A stretch of DNA of 64,000 nt from Patescibacteria group bacterium (GTDB lineage: Bacteria > Patescibacteriota > Patescibacteriia > SG8-24 > DYFX01). Numbering within the stretch: the first letter of the stretch is position 1; every line of letters begins with the position of its first letter. The notes beneath the pieces were generated by a model, which saw only the letters and a list, made by a program, of their open reading frames with translations, made no database searches and had not been told where the DNA came from. The stretch is from positions 181,453 through 245,452 of the forward strand of contig CP129476.1 of assembly GCA_030583805.1 (NCBI GenBank), in the 5' to 3' direction. The position numbers were made by a program, and so were the translations under genes. Below, piece after piece: positions 38,908-48,806 of this stretch.

Positions 38908-40677
38908 ATGCGCACGCTGCTTGAACTCGCTGGCCTTAAGAAGACCCACGGCCGCTCCGTCATCCTCGACGGGGTCGATTTGACCGTGGCGGAAGGCCAA
39001 AAGATCGCGCTGATCGGCCGCAACGGCGCCGGGAAGTCGACCTTGATCCGCATTCTGCTCGGCGAAGAGGAGGCTGACGCGGGGGAGGTGCGCGCCTTCC
39101 CGACGCTCCGTCTCGGAGCGGTTTCCCAGCACGAAACGATCCCCGAAGGCGTGACGGGCTTCGCGTATCTTGAAAAGAAAACGGGCCGCGAGCCGTGGGC
39201 CTGCGCGAAAATGGGGGCACAGTTCGGCTTGCACCGCGCCCACCTTGAAGCGCCTGCCTCGACGCTCTCCGGCGGCTACCAGATGCGCTTGAAGCTCACG
39301 GCCATGCTGCTCATGGATCCGAATCTGCTGGTCCTCGACGAGCCGGTCAACTATCTCGACTTGCCGACGCTTCTCCTGCTCGAACGCTTCCTCAAAACGT
39401 ATCGCGGCGCGTTTATCGTCACGTCGCACGACCGCGCCTTCCTGAATGCCGTGGCGGACCGTACGGCGGAAATCGAGCGCGGCAAACTGACGTCTTCGCC
39501 GGAAAAGGTCGATACCTACCTGCTCCGCAAAGCCGAGGCGCGCGCCTTCGTGTTGCGTACCAACAAGAAAATTCAAAAAGAGCGCGAGCACATCCAGGAG
39601 TTCGTCGATCGGTTCCGCTACAAGGCCAGCAAGGCGAAGCAGGTGCAATCGCGCATCAAGAAGCTCTCGAAAATGGCGAATGTTGACGTCGAGAGCCTCT
39701 TGCCGACCGCACGCATCGCGATCCCCTCCCCGCTCGTCACGCACGGGCCGGCGCTCCACGTGCAAGATCTTGAAATCGGTTACGGCCAGCGCGTGATCGC
39801 GTCCGATATCGCCTTTGACCTTCAGCGCGGCGAGCATGTCGCGCTTCTCGGCGGCAACGGCATGGGCAAGAGTACGCTGCTCAAGACGCTTTCCGGCGTC
39901 TTGCCTCCGATCAGCGGCACGGCCAAGTGGTGGCACAAGGCGGAGATCGGCTACTACGCGCAGCACACGGAGGCGGCGCTCAAGCCGGAGGACACCGTTA
40001 TGGAGCACCTCGCGCACTCCGCTCCGCCCTCAACGCGCCAAGAGGACCTCTTGAAGATGGCCGGCGATTTCCTGTTTCGCGAAGACGACCTTGAGAAACG
40101 CGTGCAGGTACTCTCCGGCGGCGAGCGCGCGCGCCTATGCCTGGCCGGTTTGCTGCTGTCTCCTCACAACGTCTTATTGCTCGACGAACCGACGAACCAC
40201 TTGGACGCGGAAACGTCTGAATCGCTGGCCAAAGCGCTCCAGGAGTACCCCGGCACGATCGTTTTCGTAAGCCACAGCCAATCCTTCATCAAAGCGCTCG
40301 CCACGCGCATTTTCGAGGCGCGCGAAGGCAAGGTCCGGCAGTATCCCGGCACCTATGACGAATATCTTGCCGATCTGGGCGCCGCCATGGAGGAAGACGT
40401 GCACGGCGCGGAAAACGAGTCTGAGCCGTCCACGGCGGCCGAGGCGGAGGCTCGCCGTCACGCGCAGACGATTTTAAAAGAAAAACGCCGCCGCCAGCAG
40501 AAAATCGAAGAGCGCATGAAGGTGCTTGATCGGGAAAAAAGCGAGATCCTCGCCTACTATTTTGAAAATCCCACGGAGTACGCGCCTGAAAAGTACGCGC
40601 GGCTCAAGGAACTGGACGAGGAGCTGGCGCGTCTCGAAAAAGAGTGGTACGCGCTGCTCGGCGATGCGGGGGCCTAG
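38908..40677 (+). CDS. ABC-F family ATPase (two ABC domains, no TMD)
   Basis: Two Walker A sites (GRNGAGKST, GGNGMGKST) and two LSGG signatures. Charged linker and C-terminal coiled-coil. Start at the ATG at 38908 (MRTLLELAGL). Confidence 0.85.
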   Translation: MRTLLELAGLKKTHGRSVILDGVDLTVAEGQKIALIGRNGAGKSTLIRILLGEEEADAGEVRAFPTLRLGAVSQHETIPEGVTGFAYLEKKTGREPWACAKMGAQFGLHRAHLEAPASTLSGGYQMRLKLTAMLLMDPNLLVLDEPVNYLDLPTLLLLERFLKTYRGAFIVTSHDRAFLNAVADRTAEIERGKLTSSPEKVDTYLLRKAEARAFVLRTNKKIQKEREHIQEFVDRFRYKASKAKQVQSRIKKLSKMANVDVESLLPTARIAIPSPLVTHGPALHVQDLEIGYGQRVIASDIAFDLQRGEHVALLGGNGMGKSTLLKTLSGVLPPISGTAKWWHKAEIGYYAQHTEAALKPEDTVMEHLAHSAPPSTRQEDLLKMAGDFLFREDDLEKRVQVLSGGERARLCLAGLLLSPHNVLLLDEPTNHLDAETSESLAKALQEYPGTIVFVSHSQSFIKALATRIFEAREGKVRQYPGTYDEYLADLGAAMEEDVHGAENESEPSTAAEAEARRHAQTILKEKRRRQQKIEERMKVLDREKSEILAYYFENPTEYAPEKYARLKELDEELARLEKEWYALLGDAGA

Positions 40678-41891
40678 CGAAGCGCTTCGCTCCACTTTTG
40701 AACGACGACTTCGTACGCTTCTTTTTCTTCCGGCTTGATCGGATCGGTGCCAGGGAATGTTTCCTTCATCGGATTGATCTTCGTTCCGTTTTTGACCATT
40801 TCATAGTGGAGATGCGGACCTGTCGAAAATCCGGTCGAACCGACGTAGCCGATGACCTGGCCTTGCGACACTCTTTGCCCGCGCTTCACCGCGAGTTTCG
40901 ATTGGTGCGCATAGTTCGTGGTGTACGTACCGTTATGGCGAATGGAGACCTTGTTGCCGTACGGACCGTCCCAGCCGGCAAATGACACGACGCCGTCGGC
41001 CGTGGCGCGAATCGGCGTGCCTTGCGCGGCCGCGTAATCGATGGCCCGGTGGCCGGTCGAGGTATTGAACGCCGCAACGTAGCGCAAGCCCGTGGTAAAG
41101 CCGGACGTGATGTATTTAAACGCAACCGGCGCCTTCAAGAACATCTTGCGCTGCGAGTTGCCCTTTTCGTCGTAGTAGCCGCCTTCGCCAGCGGCGTTTT
41201 CAAACCAGTAGGCGTTGTGCGTGGTGCCGTCGTTTACGTACCGCGCCGCCAGAACGAGTCCCGGCATCGCGTACGCGCCGTCGCGATACCGCTCTTCGTA
41301 CACGACGACGAAACTGTCGCCGACGCGCACATCCTGCGCAAAGTCGATCGACCACTGGAAGGCGTCGCCCATTTCGATCACGGCGCGCTCATCCATCCCC
41401 TGCTCCAACCCAGCCGCGTAGAGCGAGGAGGTGACTGTGCCCCTGACCGTTTTGAGCTTGATCTCGTACGAGATCGCTTCTTTCGCCGCTTTCCAAACGC
41501 CGTCCTCTTTGCGCACGCGCAGCTCCTCTTCCGTGCTGATCGGATACATCAAGCTTTTAAAATCGCCTGTCGCCGCGTCAAAGGCCAGTTCCAAGCGCTT
41601 GCCGGCGCGGATCGTCGCCAAATCGTAAAAATCCTTGGCAGCTTCATAAACGGCCGTCGCGTCCGTCGAGCCGACGCCTTGTTCCTCCATCAGAACGCCG
41701 TACGTCGCTTTTGGCGGAATCTCGATACTCTCGACGCGGTCCTTCGGCGCTTCGGGAATCTCCTGCGACGTTTCCGCGACTGCGGAGTCCTGCTCTCCGC
41801 CCTCGGCCGTGCGCGAAAACGGGAACAGGAGGTAGACGCCTCCCGCCACCATCGCGACCCCGGCCATGAGCGTAAGCGCTTTGCCTTTCAT
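40674..41891 (-). CDS. M23-family (LytM-like) metallopeptidase with N-terminal membrane anchor
   Basis: HRAIDYAA ... GSTGFSTGPHLHYE zinc-ligand motifs (HxxxD ... HxH). Confidence 0.8.
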   Translation of the reverse strand: MKGKALTLMAGVAMVAGGVYLLFPFSRTAEGGEQDSAVAETSQEIPEAPKDRVESIEIPPKATYGVLMEEQGVGSTDATAVYEAAKDFYDLATIRAGKRLELAFDAATGDFKSLMYPISTEEELRVRKEDGVWKAAKEAISYEIKLKTVRGTVTSSLYAAGLEQGMDERAVIEMGDAFQWSIDFAQDVRVGDSFVVVYEERYRDGAYAMPGLVLAARYVNDGTTHNAYWFENAAGEGGYYDEKGNSQRKMFLKAPVAFKYITSGFTTGLRYVAAFNTSTGHRAIDYAAAQGTPIRATADGVVSFAGWDGPYGNKVSIRHNGTYTTNYAHQSKLAVKRGQRVSQGQVIGYVGSTGFSTGPHLHYEMVKNGTKINPMKETFPGTDPIKPEEKEAYEVVVQKWSEALR

Positions 41892-41907
41892 AGGGAGGAG
41901 TGTAGCC

Positions 41908-41936
41908 CAGAAAATAGCCCCTTGGAAGGGCTATTG
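41908..41936 (-). terminator. Rho-independent terminator after the yceI-like gene (minus strand)
   Basis: ATAGCCCC-TTCCAA-GGGGCTAT hairpin followed by TTTTCTGGG on the minus strand. Confidence 0.45.
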
Positions 41937-41951
41937 TAAATCGACCATTTC

Positions 41952-42653
41952 TTATCCAGCAACGTGGTTGGCGACGAATTCGATCTCCAACCGCACTTCC
42001 TGATCCACATTTGCCACAAACGGCACGCTCGGAATGATGAGGTTATAGTCGGCGCGCTGGACGGTCGTTTGCGCCGCGCCCTTCAGTTGTCCGGAAGCTT
42101 CAAGCGTGGCCGTGCCGTCAAACTCGACTTCTTTCGTGATGCCCGCGATCGTCAGATCGCCTTTGACGCTGAACGTAAACGCCGCATCAACGTCGATTTT
42201 CTCCGGCAATCCTTCGAGCGCTTTCGCCTCAAAGACGATGAACTCGTTGGCGGGATCTTCCGACTTCAAAATGAAGCGTCCGATCGCGCCGTCGCGGCGC
42301 GTGCTGTCGGTCTTGAGGCTGCGAGCATTCACCCGAACCGTGCCGAGACTTGAAGCCGCGGGACGCTCGGTATCGAGGACGAAATCGGCCGTCACCTGAT
42401 TCGTGACGCCGACGACTTCCGTCGGTTGGCCGCTCAAGACTTCATTCAGCGTAAAAGTGACGCGCGAAGAGCCGCTATCCACGCGATAAGCCTTCTGACC
42501 CTCTTTCGTTTCCGGCGCATCCGCAGCCGGTTCGCGCACGTCGCTTGGCGCGGCAAGAGGCCTCGTAACATAGAGAAATCCTGCGGCCCCGAACATCGCG
42601 ACGATGGCGGCAGCGAGCGTCAGTTTCTTGAACGTAACAGTCATGCGAGGCAA
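41952..42653 (-). CDS. YceI-like periplasmic (polyisoprenoid-binding) domain protein
   Basis: Signal anchor followed by a YceI-fold sequence (RVDSGSSRVTFTLNEVL ... FTFSVKGDLTIAGITKEVEF). Confidence 0.7.
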   Translation of the reverse strand: MPRMTVTFKKLTLAAAIVAMFGAAGFLYVTRPLAAPSDVREPAADAPETKEGQKAYRVDSGSSRVTFTLNEVLSGQPTEVVGVTNQVTADFVLDTERPAASSLGTVRVNARSLKTDSTRRDGAIGRFILKSEDPANEFIVFEAKALEGLPEKIDVDAAFTFSVKGDLTIAGITKEVEFDGTATLEASGQLKGAAQTTVQRADYNLIIPSVPFVANVDQEVRLEIEFVANHVAG

Positions 42654-42700
42654 TTTATGGAATGAGCGTTCATTAATAGGACGCGAACGCGTCTTGGATC

Positions 42701-44167
42701 TTACAAGGCGGCCAAATCGATCCGATCGCTGATACGAATTTGCGAGACGAATTCAGGGATGTGGCTGACCATGATCATGGCGCCTTCATAGGAGTCGAGC
42801 GCTTTGGCGATCACGGGGAGGTGGCGGAAGTTGATGTGGTTGGTCGGCTCGTCGAGAATCAGCAGGCCCGGGCGCATGAGCATGAGGCGGGTGAACGCCA
42901 AAAGGCCTTTCTGCCCCTCGGACAACTGGCCGATCTTCGTGGCGAGCGCCTTGCCGTCGAGCAGGAAGCCTGCCGCAGCCGAACGCAAATCGTGCTCGCT
43001 CTTTTCGACCATGGCGTCGTAGAGGCTGTCGTACCCCGTCTGATTGAAATCAAGCGTCGAGAAATCCTGGCGGTAATAGCCGACCACGACTTCGGGAGCG
43101 ATCTTCACGCCTTCGGCGGTGCCGGAAGCGATCTTTTCGAGCAGGGTCGTCTTGCCGATGCCGTTCGGGCCGGACAAAAGCACGTGCGCACCGCGGCGCA
43201 GGTCGAGATCGAGCTTCTTCATGACCGGCTCGCCGTTCTTGACGATACCGACCTGCGTGATCTCAACGATCTTGCCGCTGAATTCGCGCTCGAACTTTTG
43301 GCACGGAATTTCAAAGTCGCGGATCGTGCGGTCTTCCTGGCGCACTTCGACCATGCTTTCTTCGGCTTCTTCGGCAGCTTCGCGCATGCGCTTGGCGACC
43401 GAGCGCAACTTGCCGCCCTTGTGCGCGAAGACCTCGGCCTGTTCGCGCTTCTTGCGGATTTCGGCTTCGGCGCGCGCGTTTTGCTGGCGCTCGCGCTCGA
43501 CACGCTGCGCGATTTCCTCGACGACGTTGTAGTAGTTGCCCTCGTACTGCTCGATTTTGTGCGTATGGACGTCGAGATACAAAACGCCGTCCGTAAAGGC
43601 GTTCAGGAATTCGGCGTCGTGCGAAATGACGATGACCGTTTTGTCGTAGGTCATGAGGAAGCCGGTCAGGTGGTCGATGCCGTCTTGGTCGAGGTTATTG
43701 GTCGGCTCGTCGAGCAAGAGAATGTCCGGATTCTGGATGAGCGCGTAGGCCAAAAGCAAGCGCGCTTGCTGGCCGCCCGAGTGGGCGCGAACCTTCTTCG
43801 TGATGTCCGTCGTAAAATTCACGGCTTCGAACACGTCCGCGATCCGCTTGTCGAGATTGTACGGAACCTCGGCGAACGTCGAGGCGAACAGGTCGCGCAC
43901 CGTGAGTTCGAGCTGTTCCTGCGTGAAGACCTGCTTGCCGATGCCGACTGTCGCCTCTTTCGGCGTCAGGAAAATTCCGCCCGAGCGCGGCTTGTTCTCG
44001 CCGAGGATCAGCTTGAAGAGCGACGTCTTGCCCGCGCCGTTCTGGCCCATGAGCGCGATCTTCGAACCGTTACGAACCGAAAAAGAAGCCTCATCGAGGA
44101 TGAGCTTGTGGTCACCGTATTCGAAGGTGACATCGCTGAAGCGGAGGACGACGCTGTCGTTGGCCAT
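42701..44167 (-). CDS. ABC-F family ATPase (second paralog)
   Basis: GQNGAGKTSL and GPNGIGKTTL Walker A sites and two LSGG/LSEG signatures. Start at the ATG at 44165-44167 (MANDSVVLRF). Confidence 0.85.
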   Translation of the reverse strand: MANDSVVLRFSDVTFEYGDHKLILDEASFSVRNGSKIALMGQNGAGKTSLFKLILGENKPRSGGIFLTPKEATVGIGKQVFTQEQLELTVRDLFASTFAEVPYNLDKRIADVFEAVNFTTDITKKVRAHSGGQQARLLLAYALIQNPDILLLDEPTNNLDQDGIDHLTGFLMTYDKTVIVISHDAEFLNAFTDGVLYLDVHTHKIEQYEGNYYNVVEEIAQRVERERQQNARAEAEIRKKREQAEVFAHKGGKLRSVAKRMREAAEEAEESMVEVRQEDRTIRDFEIPCQKFEREFSGKIVEITQVGIVKNGEPVMKKLDLDLRRGAHVLLSGPNGIGKTTLLEKIASGTAEGVKIAPEVVVGYYRQDFSTLDFNQTGYDSLYDAMVEKSEHDLRSAAAGFLLDGKALATKIGQLSEGQKGLLAFTRLMLMRPGLLILDEPTNHINFRHLPVIAKALDSYEGAMIMVSHIPEFVSQIRISDRIDLAAL

Positions 44168-44228
44168 ATCGGCAGGTACAATACTCCGTTTTGCGAGTTT
44201 CGGCAAGTCCGGCTACCATGGCGGATAT

Positions 44229-44732
44229 ATGCAAGTTCCAAAGCGCAAACCCGGCAAATACGCCCCCGGACCCGCCGACTACCACTTGACGCCGGAGGCC
44301 ATTCAGGCGCTGAAAGACGAGATGGAGCGGATCGAGACAAAAATCAGGCCGAAAGCCGTTGAGGAACTCCGACGCACGCGCGAGATGGGTGATCTGTCCG
44401 AGAACTTCGCGTACTCCGCAGCCAAGGCGAAAGTAAGCGGCTTGGAGATGCGCGTGCTGGAAATCAAGGAGCGTTTGAAGAATGCGATTCCGATCAGGCG
44501 CGGCGCCGCTTCGGACGGCAGCGTGCGCATCGGCGCCTCGGTCGAGGTCGAGGTAAACGGAAAAACGAAAGTCTACGACGTCGTCGGTTCGCAGGAAACC
44601 AGCCCAAGCAGCGGCGCCATTTCCTACCTCTCCCCGCTCGGCGCGGCGCTCATGGGACGCAAAACGGGCGAGACCGTCGTCATCGTCGCGAACGGAAAAG
44701 ACGTCATCTATAAAATCCTCGGCGTGCGCTGA
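44229..44732 (+). CDS. greA: transcription elongation factor GreA
   Basis: N-terminal coiled-coil with the conserved acidic tip region (GDLSENFAYSAAK) and an FKBP-like C-domain. Start at the ATG at 44229. Confidence 0.85.
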   Translation: MQVPKRKPGKYAPGPADYHLTPEAIQALKDEMERIETKIRPKAVEELRRTREMGDLSENFAYSAAKAKVSGLEMRVLEIKERLKNAIPIRRGAASDGSVRIGASVEVEVNGKTKVYDVVGSQETSPSSGAISYLSPLGAALMGRKTGETVVIVANGKDVIYKILGVR

Positions 44733-44738
44733 GGATTT

Positions 44739-45899
44739 TTAGTGCGCGTGACCGTGGCCGCTGTGATCGGCCTTTTCATCGGGGCCGGTTTTGCTGAAAA
44801 CGGCGGCGGCCAAGGCGGTCGTGATCGGCACGGCGAGAATCAAACAGACGCTGCCGACCAAGGTGCGCACGATTTCTTCCGAAATGACCTCGTTATTCAG
44901 GAGAAACCAAACCGGCTGGTCCTTATAGACCGAGAAGAGCAGGAAAAGCGGCAACGAGGCGCCGGCGTAAGCAAGAAACAGCGTGTTGACGAGCGAGGCG
45001 ATGTGCTCGCGTCCGACGGAGAGGCCGCGGGCATACAGCTCCTTGACGGAAAGACTCGGATTGGCGCGCTTCAGCTCGTCTACCACGGCGGATTGCGCCG
45101 TCGTAATGTCATCAAGCACGCCGAGCACACCCAGCATGATGCCGCCGAGCAGAAGCCCGCGCAGGTCGATCGCGCCGAAGTCCCCGTTTTGAAGATAGAG
45201 CGCGTGCTCGTCTCCCATGCCGTTCATCCTGGCCAGCGCGACGGCTGCGGCGGCAAAGGCCGCTGAAAGCGCCAGCGTGATAATCGTGCCGACAAACGCG
45301 ACCGACGTGCGCTTATTGAATCCGTGCGCAAGATACAAGGAAACCGCCGCGATCGCGAACGTGCCGGACAGCGTCGCGAGAAACGGGCTGCTGCCGCCGA
45401 GAATACGCGGCACGATCCAGCCAAGAATAATGAAGACGCTGGCGCCGAGACCGAGCATCGACGTAAAACCGCGCAGTCCTCCGAAGAGCACGGCGAGCGC
45501 GAAGAAACCGAGCGCCATCCAGAACAGCGTCGGCAGACGATACGCATCGGCCAAATACCAGCGCACGCTGCCATCGAGCTGGATGCTTTTCACGACGACG
45601 ACGCGGTCTCCCACCGCGATGGGCCTCTGGCCGTTCCGCGGGTTGAATACGCTTGAGGCAATCAAGATCTCCTGGCCTTTTTCAGGACCGCTCGTGAGCC
45701 GGACGCGGTAATCGGCCGTCCCCTCGATCTCGCCGAGCACATCGGTTTGCACGCCCTTTTCTTCGACGGAGAGCACTCGGCCGCGCGCGTATTCGTCAGG
45801 AGGAAGCGCGACTGTTTCTCCTTGAGCAAAAACAGGGGCCATGGGCAGCGCCAAAGCGAGGAAGATACTGAAGAGCGCAGTGAAAACGCGAAGAGGCAT
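44739..45899 (-). CDS. YibE/F-family membrane protein
   Basis: Signal peptide (MPLRVFTALFSIFLALALPMAPVFAQG), an extracellular beta domain, then multiple TM helices and a His-rich C-tail. The upstream extension in the ORF track is rejected. Confidence 0.6.
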   Translation of the reverse strand: MPLRVFTALFSIFLALALPMAPVFAQGETVALPPDEYARGRVLSVEEKGVQTDVLGEIEGTADYRVRLTSGPEKGQEILIASSVFNPRNGQRPIAVGDRVVVVKSIQLDGSVRWYLADAYRLPTLFWMALGFFALAVLFGGLRGFTSMLGLGASVFIILGWIVPRILGGSSPFLATLSGTFAIAAVSLYLAHGFNKRTSVAFVGTIITLALSAAFAAAAVALARMNGMGDEHALYLQNGDFGAIDLRGLLLGGIMLGVLGVLDDITTAQSAVVDELKRANPSLSVKELYARGLSVGREHIASLVNTLFLAYAGASLPLFLLFSVYKDQPVWFLLNNEVISEEIVRTLVGSVCLILAVPITTALAAAVFSKTGPDEKADHSGHGHAH

Positions 45900-45930
45900 A
45901 TGGGTCAGTATACAGAACACGGCCGCAAAG

Positions 45931-47169
45931 CTACATGCCCTCGGAAGCGCTTTCCCCCGCCGCGCGGCCGGCCGCCCACGAGGCTTGAAGATTGAACCCT
46001 CCGGTAAAGCCGTCGATATCGAGAATCTCACCAGCAAAATAAAGCCCGGGGGAAATTTTTGATTCCATGGTACGCGGGTCGACATCAGCGAGATCAACGC
46101 CGCCAGCTGTCACGAACTCGTCGCCCGCGCCTCGTCCGACGACGCTGAGCGGGATGGACTTCAACCATGCCGCCAGGCGGCGCATCTCCTTCTTCGACAC
46201 CTCGGCCGCGCGCGTATGCGCGTCTAACTGCAGCTCCCGGCACACGACATCCGCCAGTGATTTCGACATCAAAAAATCCAAAATCGTGCCTAGCAGCTTC
46301 TTCCCGTGCGCTTGAAGCAGCGTCTCGATTTTTTTTATCAATGCTTCCTCGGAGAGATCTGGGAAAATATCGATGAGCAGCCGCATCGGCCGCGCCGCAT
46401 CGTAGGTTTCAAAGGCGACGAGACTCGAGAGCGCAAAAACGGCGGGGCCGCTCACGCCGCGATGGGTAAAAAGAAACGGACCGGTGAACTCATAGGCTTT
46501 TTCGAATCGCGTCCGAAGACGCGCTTTTTCAAACGAGAGGCCGGAAACGTCCTTCGGCCACGATTCTTTGGTAAAAAACGAGTTCAAGCTTGGCGCGAGC
46601 GCCGTCACGCTGTGCCCGAGCGACTCGGCAAAAGCGTACCCGTCGCCCGTCGAACCGGTATGGCGAAAGGCTTGCCCGCCGGTCGTGAGGATAACGCGTT
46701 CGACATCCAGCGTTTCGCCGTCTTTGAAAGAAACGCGGTAGCCGCTCCCCTGCTTCTCGATCTTGACGACGTGGCGATTCAGCCATACGCGCACGTTCGA
46801 GCCGTCGAACAAACGTTCAAACGCCCCGACGATATCATGACCATCGTTCGACAGCGGAAAGGCCCTGAGATCATCTTCAATCTTGAGCGGCACGCCGTGC
46901 GCTTCAAACCAGTCATAGACCGCTTCGGGAGGAAAACGGCGCATGACCGAATTCAAAAACTTGCCGCCACGCGGATATTTCGAAAGTACCTCCCGAATGT
47001 CGCGCAAACCGGTCGTGACGTTGCATCGGCCGCCGCCCGAGATAATGACTTTCTTTCCCAAGCCGTTGTTTTTCTCGATGAGGAACACTTCGGCCTTCGG
47101 GTTGTGTTCATGGATCGTGGCGGCCGCCATGAGCCCGGCCGCGCCCGCTCCGACAATGGCAATCTTCAT
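45931..47169 (-). CDS. HI0933/BaiN-family NAD(P)/FAD-dependent flavoprotein
   Basis: GAGAAG dinucleotide fold at the N-terminus and an HI0933-like C-terminal GG motif (VTAGGVDL ... GFTGGFNLQ). Confidence 0.8.
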   Translation of the reverse strand: MKIAIVGAGAAGLMAAATIHEHNPKAEVFLIEKNNGLGKKVIISGGGRCNVTTGLRDIREVLSKYPRGGKFLNSVMRRFPPEAVYDWFEAHGVPLKIEDDLRAFPLSNDGHDIVGAFERLFDGSNVRVWLNRHVVKIEKQGSGYRVSFKDGETLDVERVILTTGGQAFRHTGSTGDGYAFAESLGHSVTALAPSLNSFFTKESWPKDVSGLSFEKARLRTRFEKAYEFTGPFLFTHRGVSGPAVFALSSLVAFETYDAARPMRLLIDIFPDLSEEALIKKIETLLQAHGKKLLGTILDFLMSKSLADVVCRELQLDAHTRAAEVSKKEMRRLAAWLKSIPLSVVGRGAGDEFVTAGGVDLADVDPRTMESKISPGLYFAGEILDIDGFTGGFNLQASWAAGRAAGESASEGM

Positions 47170-47191
47170 GGCTTCAGCCTAGCACATCCCG

Positions 47192-48649
47192 TCATCCCGC
47201 ATAGCTCCGAATCGCATCCATGAATGTCTCGCCGAACATCTCGAGCTTTTTCTGGCCGACGCCGCTGATCTCCGCGAACTCCTGCCGATTCTTCGGACGC
47301 ATGGCAGCCATCTGTTTCAAGCTCACGTCGCCGAAAATCATGTAGGGCGGCACGTGTTGGGCATAGGCCAGCCGCTTGCGCAGCGCCCGCAGATGTTCGA
47401 ACAGAGCGGTATCGGGGGAGCTTTTGACAACCGTCTTCGTCGGCGGCTGATCGGCACGAGCAACGGTACCGAGACACACGTCGCATCCCTCGCAGGACAT
47501 GTTTGCGCGCGTCTCGCCGAAGTAGCTGAGCAAGAAGCTCCGTCGGCATTGGCGAAGCTCGCCATAACGCATGACCGCCTCCAGCTTTTGACGCGCCTGA
47601 TCGCGCTGCGGCCCGGCTTCCATGACGTTGATGAAGTACATTTGCTTGCGCTTGTCGGCATACGAAAAAAACAGCACGCATTCCGACGGCAGCCCGTCGC
47701 GCCCCGCGCGGCCGGTTTCCTGATAGTAGCCTTCGACGGATTTCGGCAGATCGCAATGCGCCACCAGCCGCACGTCGGGCTTGTCGATACCCATACCGAA
47801 AGCGATCGTCGCCACCACGATATCGAGATCGTCGGAAATGAAGCGTTCCTGCGTGCGCGAACGCACGTCTTGCGCCAGGCCGGCGTGATAGGCCGCCGCC
47901 TTGAAGCCGCGCTTGCGAAGCTCCGCCGCCAAAGCCTCCGTATCTTTTCGAGAGAAGCAATACAGAATCGCGCTTTCGCCTCGATATTTTTCAAGCAGCG
48001 CGAAGAGCGCCGCCGACCCTTTTTTCTTCGGCACGACGGAATACGTCAGGTTCGGGCGATTGAAGCTTGAAACGAACACGCGCGGCGAACGCAGGTGCAG
48101 CTGGCGGACGATGTCGGCGCGGACGTTTTCTGTCGCGGTTGCCGTAAGCGCGATCGTCGGCACGTTCGGAAATTCCGTGCGCAGGATCTTCAGGTTCGCA
48201 TAGTCGGGGCGGAAATCGTGACCCCACTCCGAAATACAATGCGCTTCGTCGATCGCGAGCAAGCGCACGTCGAGTGTCGAAAGGAACCGGCGAAAGTCCG
48301 GCATCGCGAGGCGCTCCGGAGCCAGATACAAGAGCCGAAGCTTTCCGGCTTGGGCGGCGCGCATGACGTCCTCGATTTCATAGGCGGAAATCGAGCTGTT
48401 GAGATACGCCGCGGGAATGCCGTTGGTCGTAAGCTGATCGACCTGATCCTTCATGAGCGCGATGAGCGGCGAAACCACGATCGTGAGGCCGCCCGCAAGC
48501 AACGCCGGCATTTGGAAACAAAGCGACTTGCCTCCGCCCGTCGGCATGAGGGCGACGCAATCCTTGCCTTCCATGACATGCCGGATAATCTCCTCTTGAA
48601 GCGGACGGAAACGGTCGTAGCCAAAGTGTTGTTTGAGCGTGTCCAGCAT
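47192..48649 (-). CDS. recQ: ATP-dependent DNA helicase RecQ (core, no HRDC)
   Basis: MPTGGGKSLCFQ Walker A, DEAH box (DEAHCISEWGHDFR), zinc-binding cysteines (CRR ... CEGCDVC). Confidence 0.9.
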   Translation of the reverse strand: MLDTLKQHFGYDRFRPLQEEIIRHVMEGKDCVALMPTGGGKSLCFQMPALLAGGLTIVVSPLIALMKDQVDQLTTNGIPAAYLNSSISAYEIEDVMRAAQAGKLRLLYLAPERLAMPDFRRFLSTLDVRLLAIDEAHCISEWGHDFRPDYANLKILRTEFPNVPTIALTATATENVRADIVRQLHLRSPRVFVSSFNRPNLTYSVVPKKKGSAALFALLEKYRGESAILYCFSRKDTEALAAELRKRGFKAAAYHAGLAQDVRSRTQERFISDDLDIVVATIAFGMGIDKPDVRLVAHCDLPKSVEGYYQETGRAGRDGLPSECVLFFSYADKRKQMYFINVMEAGPQRDQARQKLEAVMRYGELRQCRRSFLLSYFGETRANMSCEGCDVCLGTVARADQPPTKTVVKSSPDTALFEHLRALRKRLAYAQHVPPYMIFGDVSLKQMAAMRPKNRQEFAEISGVGQKKLEMFGETFMDAIRSYAG

Positions 48650-48726
48650 GGGGTTGGGTTATGAGCGATGCCGTCGATCTACAAGAAGCCGTCCATGCGG
48701 CGCAAGTCCCGCCATCATACGCGCTC

Positions 48727-48756
48727 AAGAGCGTAACGCAAAACCCTGCACCACCT
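48727..48756 (-). terminator. Rho-independent terminator after the giant secreted-protein gene (minus strand)
   Basis: CCCTGCACC-AGGT-GGTGCAGGG perfect 9-bp stem followed by TTTTGCGTT on the minus strand. Confidence 0.5.
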
Positions 48757-48806
48757 GGTGCAGGGTTGCGATCGGATCTTCGCGAACCACTGACAGTGAC
48801 CGGCTC

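Noticed and set aside
42654-42700. The GACGCG-AA-CGCGTC palindrome as a terminator after ABC-F number 2.
   Set aside because: The stem is short and there is no convincing T-run on the relevant strand.
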